Source: Candidatus Saccharimonadota bacterium
GTDB lineage: Bacteria; Patescibacteriota; Saccharimonadia; Saccharimonadales; UBA4665
Direction of reading: 5' to 3'
NCBI GenBank assembly: GCA_028289045.1
Contig: JAQGHB010000051.1
Coordinates: 1-36,396 of the forward strand
DNA: 36,396 nt
Position 1 is the first letter of the stretch, and each line of letters starts with the position of its first letter. The translations under genes were made by a program, and so were the position numbers. The notes below the pieces were generated by a model. It did not search any database. It had not been told where the DNA came from and was given only the letters and a program-made list of their open reading frames with translations. Below, in pieces: positions 1 to 10,500 of this stretch.

Positions 1-84
1 CAAATCTGCCATTTCTGCTCTCCTGTTTTACTAATTACAGAAGTAAAGTATGGAAGCTACAGCGATCAGTAACAATGAGATTTA

Positions 85-1956
85 TTACTCCCACTCGGTG
101 GTGCCAGGCGGTTTGGCGGTGAGGTCGTAGACGACGCGAGAGATGCCTGGAATAGCTAGCAAGCGTTCGACCATTTCATCAAGCGCTTCAAGCGGTAGAT
201 TTTCGCCAGGTGTAGCGGGTACGCCCGTCATGAAATCATTAGTGATAAAGGTGCGGATGCCGATTGAGCGATTACCTGGCGTGCCAAAATGCACCGGAAA
301 CGAAACCACCGGCACTTGGCTGAGAGCCTCATTAAGATCATACTCGCGAAGCACTTCGTTGACCTCTTGATCGGCACGGCGGAGCTGCTCCACGGCTTCG
401 GGTGTCGGTAGTGTTGGGGTAATATCGCGAATCGGCTCATTAATCGGATCGCCGAAGATGTAGACGACGCGGTTTACGTCATGTACTTTTTTGGGGATTG
501 CCTGAGCCTTTTGAAGTAAACGATGCCAGTCTGCGCTGCCACTCAGGCCGGCCAGATAACTATATGAGCGGCCGTCACCCTGTACGCCTACTGTGCGAAC
601 TGGCAGTAATTGAACGCCAATATCATCGTCGGCAAATTCCTGTAGTTTGGTGTTGATGTCATCGAAATCAGGGGTTATGTATGGTTCTTCGGCGCACAGT
701 AATCTGATGGCGAGGCCTGGACCTGGAAATGGCTGACGCCAGATAAGCTCGGCCGGCAAATCGAGCTGTTCCCCGAGAATTCTTACCTCGTCTTTATGAA
801 GTTCTTTGAGCGGTTCGATCACGCGGCCGGCATCACGTAGTTTGCGCACCAAATGCGTGTCATTATGGTGAGTTTTGATCGTGACAGCTTTGGAGCTGGC
901 CAAATGTGAAGCGCTTTCGATTAAATCCGGCCGGAGCGTGCCCTGCGCCAGCACGGTATTATTGGGATCAAGTTTGAGTTCGGCCACCACGCGGTCCATG
1001 ACGGCCATAAAGGTGTCGCCAATAATTGCGCGCTTGGTTTCGGGATCGGATACTTCTTTGAGCGGTGGTGTCTCGTTGCCGTTGATCGTCGTCGTGGCAT
1101 TGAAAAACTGTTCGCCGGCATCCACCACGTCGAGCGTAACATTCACTGTCGCCAGTGCTCTCTTGACGGCCTGACTTTCTTCGTGGCGCATGAAGCCGGT
1201 ATCGACGTGGACTACATTAATCTGTTCGGGCGGCAATGCCATACCAACTAACACCGCGCATACCGTGGAATCGACGCCGCCGCTGGCGAAGGTCAATACC
1301 TGCCGGTCACCGACTATCTCACGGATATATTGCAAGGCATCTTCCAGGCGATCTGTCAGTTCGTATGTCGCCTCAAGCTTAGCAACCTTAAATAAAAAGT
1401 TTTCGATCATGGCAACACCGTTATCTGTCAGATCCACTTCGGGATGAAACTGTACGCCGTAAATTTTACGCGCATCATCGGCGATTGCGGCAACTATCTC
1501 GCCCGAAGTGCCGGCCGTTTTAAAGCCTTCGGCGACTTCATCGATGCTATCGCCATGGCTCATAAGCACGTTTTGAGTTTCATTTAGTCCGTCAAAAATA
1601 ATTGCAGTTGGATCAACTGCGATGGTGGTGTGTCCGTCTTCTCGTGTGCCTTTTGGCGCCACACTGCCGCCGAAGGCCTGGTTAATAAGTTGCATGCCGT
1701 AACAAATACCCAGAATAGCTTTCCCTGCTCCCCAAAGCTTGGGATCCGGGTGCGGCGCATCTGGCCCGTACACACTTTCTGGGCCACCGGATAGAATGAA
1801 TGCACCATAATCTTGGAGCTGTTCGTATGGCGTATCGAGCGGCAGCAAATCCGATCGAACTGCTAACCCGCGTACTCGCCGATCAATCACTTTACCGTAC
1901 TGAGCACCGGCATCCAATATGGCGACTCGCTCTGCCAAATTGTTTTCCCTCGTCAT
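85..1956 (-). CDS. guaA: GMP synthase (glutamine-hydrolysing), long eukaryote-like form
   Basis: N-terminal class-I amidotransferase (GICYGMQ nucleophile elbow, QFHPE). ATP-pyrophosphatase P-loop SGGVDSTV. C-terminal dimerisation region ends KPPGTTEWE. I chose the ATG at 1956. The track start at 1971 is a GTG 5 codons upstream, and neither has a clear SD. Confidence 0.93.
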   Translation of the reverse strand: MTRENNLAERVAILDAGAQYGKVIDRRVRGLAVRSDLLPLDTPYEQLQDYGAFILSGGPESVYGPDAPHPDPKLWGAGKAILGICYGMQLINQAFGGSVAPKGTREDGHTTIAVDPTAIIFDGLNETQNVLMSHGDSIDEVAEGFKTAGTSGEIVAAIADDARKIYGVQFHPEVDLTDNGVAMIENFLFKVAKLEATYELTDRLEDALQYIREIVGDRQVLTFASGGVDSTVCAVLVGMALPPEQINVVHVDTGFMRHEESQAVKRALATVNVTLDVVDAGEQFFNATTTINGNETPPLKEVSDPETKRAIIGDTFMAVMDRVVAELKLDPNNTVLAQGTLRPDLIESASHLASSKAVTIKTHHNDTHLVRKLRDAGRVIEPLKELHKDEVRILGEQLDLPAELIWRQPFPGPGLAIRLLCAEEPYITPDFDDINTKLQEFADDDIGVQLLPVRTVGVQGDGRSYSYLAGLSGSADWHRLLQKAQAIPKKVHDVNRVVYIFGDPINEPIRDITPTLPTPEAVEQLRRADQEVNEVLREYDLNEALSQVPVVSFPVHFGTPGNRSIGIRTFITNDFMTGVPATPGENLPLEALDEMVERLLAIPGISRVVYDLTAKPPGTTEWE

Positions 1957-1990
1957 GGAGTAAGTATACACGCACTCGTGCGGGTGGAGT

Positions 1991-3313
1991 CTAGGCTTCG
2001 CGAGTTATGTATTGATCGCGGCCAGGGCCGACACCGATCATGGTTATGGGAACGTCGGTTTGATCTTCAATAAACTTGATGTAGTGTTGAGCATTTTTAG
2101 GTAGATCATCGAAATCACGGATGTCTTGGATGTTTTCTTCCCATGTCGGCAACTCTTCGTAGACTGGTTGGCACTTTTCGAGGTCAGCGCCCGAACCTGG
2201 CGCGATTTTTACATTTTGACCATTAAAATTATATCCGACACAGACTAAAGCAGTCGCACCATAGCGAGGAACGCAATCTAATTTAGAGAGTGCCATTTCG
2301 TGAGTTCCATTAACCATCTGAGCTCTGCGAATGCCAGCAATATCGAGGTGGCCCATGCGACGTATGCGTCCGGTCGTTGTTCCCCGCTCCGAATCAACCT
2401 CACCCTCTTTACCAACCAGCACTTCGAGTCGCTCGGGATCGTGAATTTCAGTTACAAATGGTCCCCCGCCAACGTGCGACTGGGTGGCTTTGACGACACC
2501 TATTACTCGCTCAATCGTGCTGGGAGGCACCCCAAGTCCTGGTGATACTGCACCTGATGTGGTGCCTGTCGACGTCACGAATGGGTACATACCATGGTCT
2601 ACATCCAGCAAAAATGCTTGTGCACCTTCTGCTAGTAGCGAGTTGCCTGCGCTCAGTGCTTCATTCAGATATATTGGTGTATCGATAATGAAGTCAGCTA
2701 GCTTGCGGGCTTTCTGAATATACTCCTCGACAATCTCCTCAACATGCAAAGGAGCCATGTCTTTAAGTTCTCTAGCTTGGTTTACTGCATCAATAATGTC
2801 GGGGGTAATTCCAGCAGTGACTGCATTGCATAGCGTGTCCTCATCGTCTACTACTTTGCCTACCTGCAAGCCGATTCTCTCGGACTTAGCGGAAGCGACC
2901 TGAGCAATGCCAGACTTGGTGCTGCCTTGCGCACCAGTGCCGTTTTCGCGAATTGAATCAAGCATTTCATGGTGCGGAAGGACCAAGTGCATAGCTGAAC
3001 TGATTTTTAGATTGTCCGGTGTAATTTCTATGCCTTGCTCACGGACGGAATCAATCTCATCGGAAAGTTTAGCGGCATTCATTAGAGTGCCATTACCAAT
3101 TACATTGATGGTGCCTGGGTGAGCGATGCCTGACGGAACACCATGGAGTGAGAGTATGCGGCCATTGTGAAATACTTTATGGCCAGCGTTTTGCCCGCCA
3201 TTGAAGCGAGCAACAAGATCAAATTCATGAGCAAGACGATCGATGAAAGCGCCTTTGGCTTCATCGCCTCGTTGCTCACCTACAATAACGGTATTGGGCA
3301 CTGTCTCGGGCAT
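1991..3313 (-). CDS. purA: adenylosuccinate synthetase
   Basis: GDEAKG phosphate loop, GGQNAGH and GTTTGRIRRMGHLD blocks are typical of PurA. The ATG at 3313 gives the canonical roughly 8-residue lead before the first beta strand. The track start at 3355 is a GTG 14 codons upstream. Confidence 0.9.
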   Translation of the reverse strand: MPETVPNTVIVGEQRGDEAKGAFIDRLAHEFDLVARFNGGQNAGHKVFHNGRILSLHGVPSGIAHPGTINVIGNGTLMNAAKLSDEIDSVREQGIEITPDNLKISSAMHLVLPHHEMLDSIRENGTGAQGSTKSGIAQVASAKSERIGLQVGKVVDDEDTLCNAVTAGITPDIIDAVNQARELKDMAPLHVEEIVEEYIQKARKLADFIIDTPIYLNEALSAGNSLLAEGAQAFLLDVDHGMYPFVTSTGTTSGAVSPGLGVPPSTIERVIGVVKATQSHVGGGPFVTEIHDPERLEVLVGKEGEVDSERGTTTGRIRRMGHLDIAGIRRAQMVNGTHEMALSKLDCVPRYGATALVCVGYNFNGQNVKIAPGSGADLEKCQPVYEELPTWEENIQDIRDFDDLPKNAQHYIKFIEDQTDVPITMIGVGPGRDQYITREA

Positions 3314-3366
3314 TTCAATCTGAGCATAACGGATACTGGCTCGACTAGCAAGCACAAGGATTTTGT

Positions 3367-4725
3367 TTATTTTTTAAGTTTAGCGGAAGGAACTTTCTCG
3401 ATGACCAGAAATGAGACAATGCCAGAGACTAAAGCCAATATGGCACAGAGCGCAATCGAGAAATGATAGAAGTTACTGGTTCCGGCTAGGCCTAAGAAGG
3501 CCACCACAATCAGGCCGGCGGCGCGGGACACCGCATTATTGATGCCCGATGCGATGCCCGAATCATGGTTATGGACTGAGGCCATTACCGTGCTGGTCAG
3601 CGGCGCAACCGTTAGAACCATGCCAGCGCTGAACAGCAAAGCCCCAGGTAGCACACCAGCCCAGTAACTATCGCCAGGCTGCAATGAGTACAATAGTGCG
3701 ATACCAAGTCCAGCAAGCAATGGGCCAATCGTCATGAATAGCCGCGGGCCATAGACGGCAGAGAGCTTCCCCACGCGGCCAGCAAAGACGAACATCAAAA
3801 AGCTCAGGGGCAAGAGGCTGAAGCCGGCCTGCAAACTGCTATAGTGCATACTCGTTTGCAGGTAAATGACCAGCGCGAAAATGAAACCGCTGAGGGCGCC
3901 GTACAACAGAAAGGTCATCAGATTAGAACCGGTAAAGTTCCGTGATTTAAACAGTGATAACCGTACTAATGGATCCCTTTTACGGTTCTCGAATGCAATA
4001 AAGAGTGTAAGAAGAGCGACACCTACGATTAGCGAAATGATAGTCCATGGCGCCCAATGCGTCACTGGCCCTTCGATAAGACCCGCGGTGATGCCAGCCA
4101 GGGATAAAGCGGCCAATCCTGCACCCACATAATCCACATGGCGCACTTCCTCGTCCTTGGTTTCGATGATCGATGGCCTGGCTAGCACAACGCAAAGCGC
4201 GATCAAGGGTAAATTAATCAGAAAAATCCAGCGCCAACTAGCCACCGACAAAATTAAGCCACCAACCAATGGGCCCAGTATGGTGCCAATGCTGAGCCAG
4301 GCTGTCCAGCGACCAATTGCTTGACCTCGAACCTTTGGTTGGAAGTTTGTATTGATGATCGCCAGCGCGCCTGGCACTAGCAGTGCGCCAAAAATTCCTT
4401 GAATAAAGCGAGCCGCGATTAGCAGAATTACCGTTGGTGCCAGTGCGCATATCAACGAGCTGACCCCAAAACCAATCAGGCCTATCAGATAGATCTTTTT
4501 GCGGCCAAAAATATCACCCAGTGAACCACCTAGTAAAATGAGCGCCGATAGCGATAGTAAATAGCCATCGGTGATCCACTGCAGCCCAGCGAAGTTAGCG
4601 TGTAAGTCGCTAGCTATTTTCGGGAGAGCCAGATTCACGATGGTGCCATCGAGCAGCACCACAGTACTGCCCAAAATAGTCGTAATCAAGACGATTAGCT
4701 GGCGCCGTTTACCGGTAAATTCCAT
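3367..4725 (-). CDS. MFS transporter, DHA2 (EmrB/QacA)-like drug:H+ antiporter family
   Basis: 452-aa polytopic membrane protein with many hydrophobic helices. MFS-type GDxxGRKK loop (GGSLGDIFGRKKIY) after TM2. Substrate unknown. Confidence 0.8.
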   Translation of the reverse strand: MEFTGKRRQLIVLITTILGSTVVLLDGTIVNLALPKIASDLHANFAGLQWITDGYLLSLSALILLGGSLGDIFGRKKIYLIGLIGFGVSSLICALAPTVILLIAARFIQGIFGALLVPGALAIINTNFQPKVRGQAIGRWTAWLSIGTILGPLVGGLILSVASWRWIFLINLPLIALCVVLARPSIIETKDEEVRHVDYVGAGLAALSLAGITAGLIEGPVTHWAPWTIISLIVGVALLTLFIAFENRKRDPLVRLSLFKSRNFTGSNLMTFLLYGALSGFIFALVIYLQTSMHYSSLQAGFSLLPLSFLMFVFAGRVGKLSAVYGPRLFMTIGPLLAGLGIALLYSLQPGDSYWAGVLPGALLFSAGMVLTVAPLTSTVMASVHNHDSGIASGINNAVSRAAGLIVVAFLGLAGTSNFYHFSIALCAILALVSGIVSFLVIEKVPSAKLKK

Positions 4726-4728
4726 AGC

Positions 4729-5328
4729 TTAGGGTTGTTGCTCGAAGCGTCGTTGTGCTTCGTGCCAGTTGACAACGTGCCACCAGGCTTTGATGTAGTC
4801 TGGGCGTTTGTAGGTGTAGTCCAGGTAGTAGGCGTGTTCCCAGACATCTAGGCCTAGAAGAGGCTCGGGAGCACCGCTGTTCAATGGAGAATCCTGATTA
4901 GGGGTAGTTACGATGGACATGTCAGGCTGCAACCAGGCCCAGCCGCTGCCAAATACACCGGTGGCCGCGGTGCTGAAGGCGTCCATAAAGCCTTGGAAAT
5001 CGCCATATTTGCTATTCAGTGCGTCGGCGAGTGCCCCTTTTGGTTCGACGCCGCCATCTGGCGACATAAATTTCCAAAACAGGCTGTGATTGTAGTGGCC
5101 GCCGCCATGGTTTCGGATGGCGGTACGGACGTTTTCGGGCAGTGAATCAACATTTCGCAGTAGTTCTTCAAGCTTTTTGCTTTGTAGCTCTGGCGCCTGC
5201 TCCAGCGCTGCGTTCAATTTATCAACATAGGTTTGATGGTGTTTACTATGGTGCAGCTCCATAATATCTTTGCTGATATAGGTGCCAAAGGCGTCATAAT
5301 CGTAGTCTAGAGCTGGAAGTGTATACAT
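4729..5328 (-). CDS. sodA: Fe/Mn-family superoxide dismutase (Mn-type signature)
   Basis: HHSKHHQTYV, GGGHYNHSLFW and DVWEHAYYLDY metal-ligand blocks. Strong SD AAGGAGG 6 nt upstream of the ATG. Its stop lies 3 nt upstream of the MFS start. Confidence 0.93.
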   Translation of the reverse strand: MYTLPALDYDYDAFGTYISKDIMELHHSKHHQTYVDKLNAALEQAPELQSKKLEELLRNVDSLPENVRTAIRNHGGGHYNHSLFWKFMSPDGGVEPKGALADALNSKYGDFQGFMDAFSTAATGVFGSGWAWLQPDMSIVTTPNQDSPLNSGAPEPLLGLDVWEHAYYLDYTYKRPDYIKAWWHVVNWHEAQRRFEQQP

Positions 5329-5447
5329 TATTCCCTCCTTATTTACACCTTAAAGTATAAGCCCCTTTTTTATTTTCCGAAAGCTTATAATAATTCGTGT
5401 ATACTGAAGTAATTCAATAATTCTTATGTTGCGAGAGTACAGAGGGT

Positions 5448-6461
5448 ATGACCAAAAAACCAACCTATAAAATAGGCACACTCGGCAGCCATTCCGCCCT
5501 GCAAATCCTCAAAGGTGCCCAAGACGAGGGCTTTCAGTCGGTAGCAATCTGCGAAGAAGGCCGTGTGAAGCCGTACGAATCGTTTCGAGTAGCCGATCAG
5601 ATCATCACAGTAAAAGATTTTTCTGAAATTGTTGATCTGGATAACCAACTGGCGGCTGAGAACGTGATTATGATTCCTCACGGCTCAATCCTGAATGCCT
5701 TGGAGCTCGAAAAAATTGGCGAACTGAAAGCACCTTACTTTGGTAATAAAAATATTTTGGCCTGGGAAGTAGACCGTACCAAGCAGCGAGAATGGCTCGC
5801 CAACGCTGGCCTGACACTGCCCCGTATTTACGAGACACCCGAGTCCATCGACGGTCCGGTCATCATCAAGTTTTTTGGTGCCGGCGGCGGTAAGGGTTAC
5901 TTCCTTGCCCATACACCGGCTGAGTTTGAGCGCAAAATCAAAGCGCACCCCAAAAAGAAGTACATTATTCAGGAATATATTGTCGGTGCGCCAATATATA
6001 TACATTATTTCTACTCACCGCTCACTAACGAGCTGGAAGTCATGGGCTTTGATAAGCGCTACGAAAGTAATGTCGACTCCATTGGTCGTATTGCTGCCAA
6101 AGATCAGATGGACCTCGGAATCGAAACGTCGTACAACATCACCGGTAATATGCCCTTGGTGGTACGAGAATCCCTGCTGCCCTGTATTTTTGAAATGGGT
6201 GAGGATGTCATAAAGGCTTCTAAAGCAGTTGATGGCCGTGGCTTGTTCGGGCCGTTTTGTCTGGAAACCGTCATTACGCCGGATCTGGAATTTTTCGCCT
6301 TTGAGATTTCGGCCCGTATTGTAGCTGGCACCAATCCATTTATTAATGGTTCGCCGTATACTGACCTGCGCTACAGTGAACCGATGAGCACTGGCCGCCG
6401 TATCGCCCGCGAAGTCAAACTGGCCATGGAAAGCGATCAGATGGATAAGGTGTTGGGATAA
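5448..6461 (+). CDS. purP: 5-formaminoimidazole-4-carboxamide ribonucleotide (FAICAR) synthetase, archaeal PurP type (ATP-grasp), paralogue 1
   Basis: Collinear similarity, recalled from memory, to Methanocaldococcus PurP (MJ0136). Shared blocks: LGSHSALQILKGA, FGN..IL.WE.DR, YFYSPL..ELE.MG.DKRYESN, ITGN.P.V.RESLLP, GPFCLE, STGRRIAREVK. Confidence 0.85.
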   Translation: MTKKPTYKIGTLGSHSALQILKGAQDEGFQSVAICEEGRVKPYESFRVADQIITVKDFSEIVDLDNQLAAENVIMIPHGSILNALELEKIGELKAPYFGNKNILAWEVDRTKQREWLANAGLTLPRIYETPESIDGPVIIKFFGAGGGKGYFLAHTPAEFERKIKAHPKKKYIIQEYIVGAPIYIHYFYSPLTNELEVMGFDKRYESNVDSIGRIAAKDQMDLGIETSYNITGNMPLVVRESLLPCIFEMGEDVIKASKAVDGRGLFGPFCLETVITPDLEFFAFEISARIVAGTNPFINGSPYTDLRYSEPMSTGRRIAREVKLAMESDQMDKVLG

Positions 6462-7591
6462 TGATTGGCAGCAGCGACATCGCTGAAATCTTGAAAGGTT
6501 ACGATAAGGGCGCGATTCGGATTGCCAGCTTGGGCGGCCACAGTGCCCTCGACGTTTGCCGTGGCGCTAAAGCCGAGGGCTTTGAAACCGTGGTTGTAGC
6601 TCAAAAAGGCCGCGAGCAAACCTATCAGAAATATTATAAAACGCGCAAAGATGGCCGCGGCTGCGTGGATCATGTGATTGTCGTCGATAACTTCAAAGAT
6701 GTCTCGAAGCCTGAAATCCAACAACAATTGCGCGACCTGAATGTGGTATTTGTGCATAGTCGATACTTTTGGGTCTACTGCGACTTTGATGAAATAGAAA
6801 ATAATTTCAAAGTACCTATCTTCGGCACACGCCAGTTAGTTCGCAAGGAAGAACGTGACGAGGAAAAGAATCAATATTTCCTGCTACAGCAAGGCGGAGT
6901 GCCCATTCCAATCCAGTTTGATGATCCTAAAAAAATCGACCGCTTGGTAATTGTAAAGACCAACGAAGCTTCGCGAGGATATGAGCGAGCGTTTTTCCTG
7001 GTGAATAACTTCGCCGAGTACAAAGCCCGCGGTGCTGAAATGATAGCCGCCGGCACTATTACCGAAGCCTCACTGCGTAGCGCTGTGATCGAAGAGTTTA
7101 TTGTCGGTCCACAGCTCAACATGAATTACTTCTACTCTCCGCTCACGGGTGAGTTGGAATTACTGGGTACCGATACTCGTCGTCAAACCAACCTCGATGG
7201 ACTACTGCGACTGACTGCTCCCGAACAGACCGAGGTACTCAAACATGTTGAGCCCAAATATATAGAGAACGGACACCAAAGCGTCACGATCAAGGAATCA
7301 TTGCTGGAACAGGCTTTTGTAATCGGTGAAAAATTTGTTGCCTCCACCAAACAGCATTATGATCCTGGTATCATCGGTCCTTTTGCGCTGCAGGGAGCCT
7401 TCACGGCCGGTCCGCCTAAAGAAGAATTTAAAGTCTTCGATGTCAGTATGCGTATCCCCGGCAGCCCAGGCACTATGTTTACGCCGTATACAGGCTATTT
7501 GCACGGCGAAAGCATCAGTACCGGCAGACGGATTGCCCAAGAGATTAAACAGGCTATCGCCACCGATCAGCTAGCACGCGTACTTACTTAG
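6461..7591 (+). CDS. PurP-family ATP-grasp protein, divergent paralogue 2 (substrate uncertain)
   Basis: Same fold blocks as paralogue 1 ([55 protein letters not shown]). The glycine-rich nucleotide-loop region is replaced ([16 protein letters not shown]) and there are insertions. Its start overlaps the upstream stop (TAATG). Confidence 0.7.
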   Translation: MIGSSDIAEILKGYDKGAIRIASLGGHSALDVCRGAKAEGFETVVVAQKGREQTYQKYYKTRKDGRGCVDHVIVVDNFKDVSKPEIQQQLRDLNVVFVHSRYFWVYCDFDEIENNFKVPIFGTRQLVRKEERDEEKNQYFLLQQGGVPIPIQFDDPKKIDRLVIVKTNEASRGYERAFFLVNNFAEYKARGAEMIAAGTITEASLRSAVIEEFIVGPQLNMNYFYSPLTGELELLGTDTRRQTNLDGLLRLTAPEQTEVLKHVEPKYIENGHQSVTIKESLLEQAFVIGEKFVASTKQHYDPGIIGPFALQGAFTAGPPKEEFKVFDVSMRIPGSPGTMFTPYTGYLHGESISTGRRIAQEIKQAIATDQLARVLT

Positions 7592-10500
7592 AGGTATTAT
7601 TTTCTATCTGCGAGTCTACCCAGACGCGAGCATTCTGAAAGATTCGGAACCACGGCGAGTGTTCATCCCAATCCACCGGATGCCAGGACAGCTGCCGAGT
7701 CATCCAGGAACGCTCGGGATGGGGCATCAAAATCGTGGCGCGTCCATCAGGGGTAGTTAAACTAGTAATGCCGAGTGGCGAACCATTCGGATTAGCAGGA
7801 TAGGCCTCGGTGATTTTATGATTATTATCGATGTACTGAGCTGCCACTAAATTATTTTTGAGCACTGCACGGGTCTGCTCGTCACTCTGGAAATTGGCAC
7901 GACCTTCACCGTGAGCTACTGGAACCGGCAGAAACGAACCAGCCATGCCAGTAAGCATAATAGATGGGGATTCATTGATTTGAACCATAGACACTCGAGC
8001 TTCAAATTGTTCGGAGGTATTCTTCTGAAAGGTCGGCCAGTTTTCGGCCCCTGGGATGAGCTCTTTGAGTGCGGCCAGCATCTGGCATCCGTTGCAGACG
8101 CCAAGGCTGAAGGTATCTGTTCGCGCAAAAAAGTCACCAAAGGCAGTGCGTAATGTGTCGTTGAACAAAATGGATTTTGCCCAACCCTCACCAGCGCCCA
8201 ATACATCACCATAGGAAAAGCCGCCGCATACAGCCAGACCCACGAAGTCATCAAGTGAAGCTGGGCCCGCTACGAGATCGTTGAGATGGACGTCGACAGC
8301 GGTAAATCCGGCGCGATCGAAAGCTGCCGCCATCTCAATTTGGCCGTTTACGCCCTGTTCGCGAAAAATAGCCACTTTTGGTTTGCTGGTATATTGCTTG
8401 TCCAGGATTTTGAAGGTAACGACCGGTGATAGCCCAGAATCTTTGTCGTCACTAATGGCGGCATACTCTTGCTGAGCCGTTTGGGGATTATCGCGTAGTT
8501 TTTGTATCTGGTAGCTGGTATTGCCCCACCATTGCTCTAGCTGGGCGCGGCCTACGGTGTAGACGCCCTCTGTGTGGGTGACGACAATATCATTTGTCGA
8601 TGAGGGTGAGCCAATGGCGTATGTGTGTTCACCCAACAACTCTAGCACAGCGGCTTCATCGGCTTTTTTAACCTGGATGACTGCACCCAGCTCTTCGCTT
8701 AAGAGACTTTCCAGGGGTGTGCCGACGAGCTTTGTGATGTCGATGTCAAGACCACAACGCGCCGCAAAGGCCATTTCGCTGATGGTGGCTAGTAGGCCGC
8801 CATCCGATCGATCGTGGTAGGCCAGCACTTTTCCCTGTTTCTTCAGTGTCTGTAGGTTGGCAAAGAAAGCTTGCAAGGTCTTTGGATCGACATCTGGCGA
8901 TTCATTGCCGATTTGGTTATAAACTTGCGCCAGAGCCGAACCGCCAAGCCGATTTTTACGGTGACCGAGATCAATAAGGATTAAAGAGGTCTCCTGATCT
9001 GTTACGAGCTGTGGTGTGAGGGTCTTTTCGACCTCGACTACAGGAGAGAAAGCCGTGATTATCAGCGAAAGCGGTGAGGTCACGCTCTTATCGGCGCCAT
9101 CTTCTTGCCACGCAGTTCGCATACTCAGCGAATCCTTGCCAACAGGAATGGTTAAGCCGAGCGCGGGACAGAACTCTTCACCCACAGTCTTTACGGCCTG
9201 GAACAATTTTTCGTCCTGGTCGCCATAGCCGGCAGCTGCCATCCAGTTGGCCGACAGCTTGATATCTGACAGTTTGCCGATATCGGCAGCTGCGATATTG
9301 GTCAGTGCTTCGCCGATAGCTATGCGGGCCGAAGCCGCTGCGTCGATAACTGCCAATGGCGTCCGTTCACCCATAGCCATGGCTTCGCCGGTACTGGTGT
9401 CGAAGGCGGCGGCAGTGACTGCCACATCGCTGACGGGTACTTGCCAAGGGCCAATCATCTGGTCGCGGGCGACCAGGCCGCCAACTGTGCGATCACCGAT
9501 GGTGATCAGGAACTTTTTACTCCCTACGGCTGGCAGCTGCATCACTCTTTTGATGGCATCATCCAACATGATTCCCTCAGTAGAGAGTGCCGGAAGTGTC
9601 GTTTCGGTCGGGGTGAAGGTGCGAGTCATCTTCGGCGGTTTGCCAAATAGTACCGACATAGGTAGATCTATCGGCTTATTTTTGAAGAGCGCGTCATTGA
9701 GCACTAGTTGCTCCTTCTTCGTCGCCTGGCCGACGACGGCGAACGGACAGCGCTCCCGTTCACAGAGCTGTTTGAATAGTTCCAAATTCTCTTTGCTTAT
9801 GCCCAGCACATAGCGTTCTTGTGACTCATTGCACCAGATTTCCATGGGTGATAACTTGCTTTCGGCACTGGGGACGTTGCGTAACTCAAAGCTGGCACCA
9901 AGACCTGAGTCGTGCACGAGTTCAGGCAGGCCGTTGGAGAGACCGCCAGCGCCGATGTCGTGGATGGTAATGATCGGGTTATCGTCGCCTAATGCCCAAC
10001 AAGCATCAATTACCTCTTGGCAGCGACGTTCCATTTCGGCGTTGGCCCGTTGCACACTGGCAAAGTCCAGATCAGCGGCGCTGCTGCCGCTTTGCATGCT
10101 TGACGCCGCGCTGCCACCAAGACCGATTAACATCGACGGGCCGCCGAGCACAATCAACTGAGCGCCATCGGTTAGCTGATTCTTCTCAACGTGCATATCA
10201 CGGATGTTGCCTACCCCTCCGGCGATCATAATAGGCTTGTGGTAGCCCCAGCGTTCGTCGCCCGACTGTTCTTCGAAGGTACGAAAATAGCCGCCCAGAT
10301 TGGGGCGACCAAATTCGTTGGCGTAGGCGGCACCGCCGATTGGACCGTCGAGCATGATATCCAAAGCCGACACGATGCGGTCAGGCTTGCCGTAGGGCTG
10401 TTCCCAGGGCTGTGCAGCATCGGGAAGATTAAGGTTAGAAACGCTAAACCCACTTAGTCCCATTTTGGTCTTGCCGCCGCGGCCAGTGGCAGCTTCGTCA

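Noticed and set aside
5389-5423. The direct repeat AATAATTC x2 (27 bp apart), and TAATTC x3, in the sodA/purP divergent promoter region
   Set aside because: The region is very AT-rich, so short repeats are expected by chance. It does not resemble a PurBox (AWWWCCGAACWWT). I note it but do not claim it.
9247-9813. A 188-aa ORF antisense inside purL, and similar shadow ORFs such as 31141-31785, 16703-17107 and 25229-25636
   Set aside because: They lie entirely within strongly supported genes on the opposite strand, have low-complexity Ser/Ala/Arg-rich translations, and lack SDs. They are typical antisense shadow frames.
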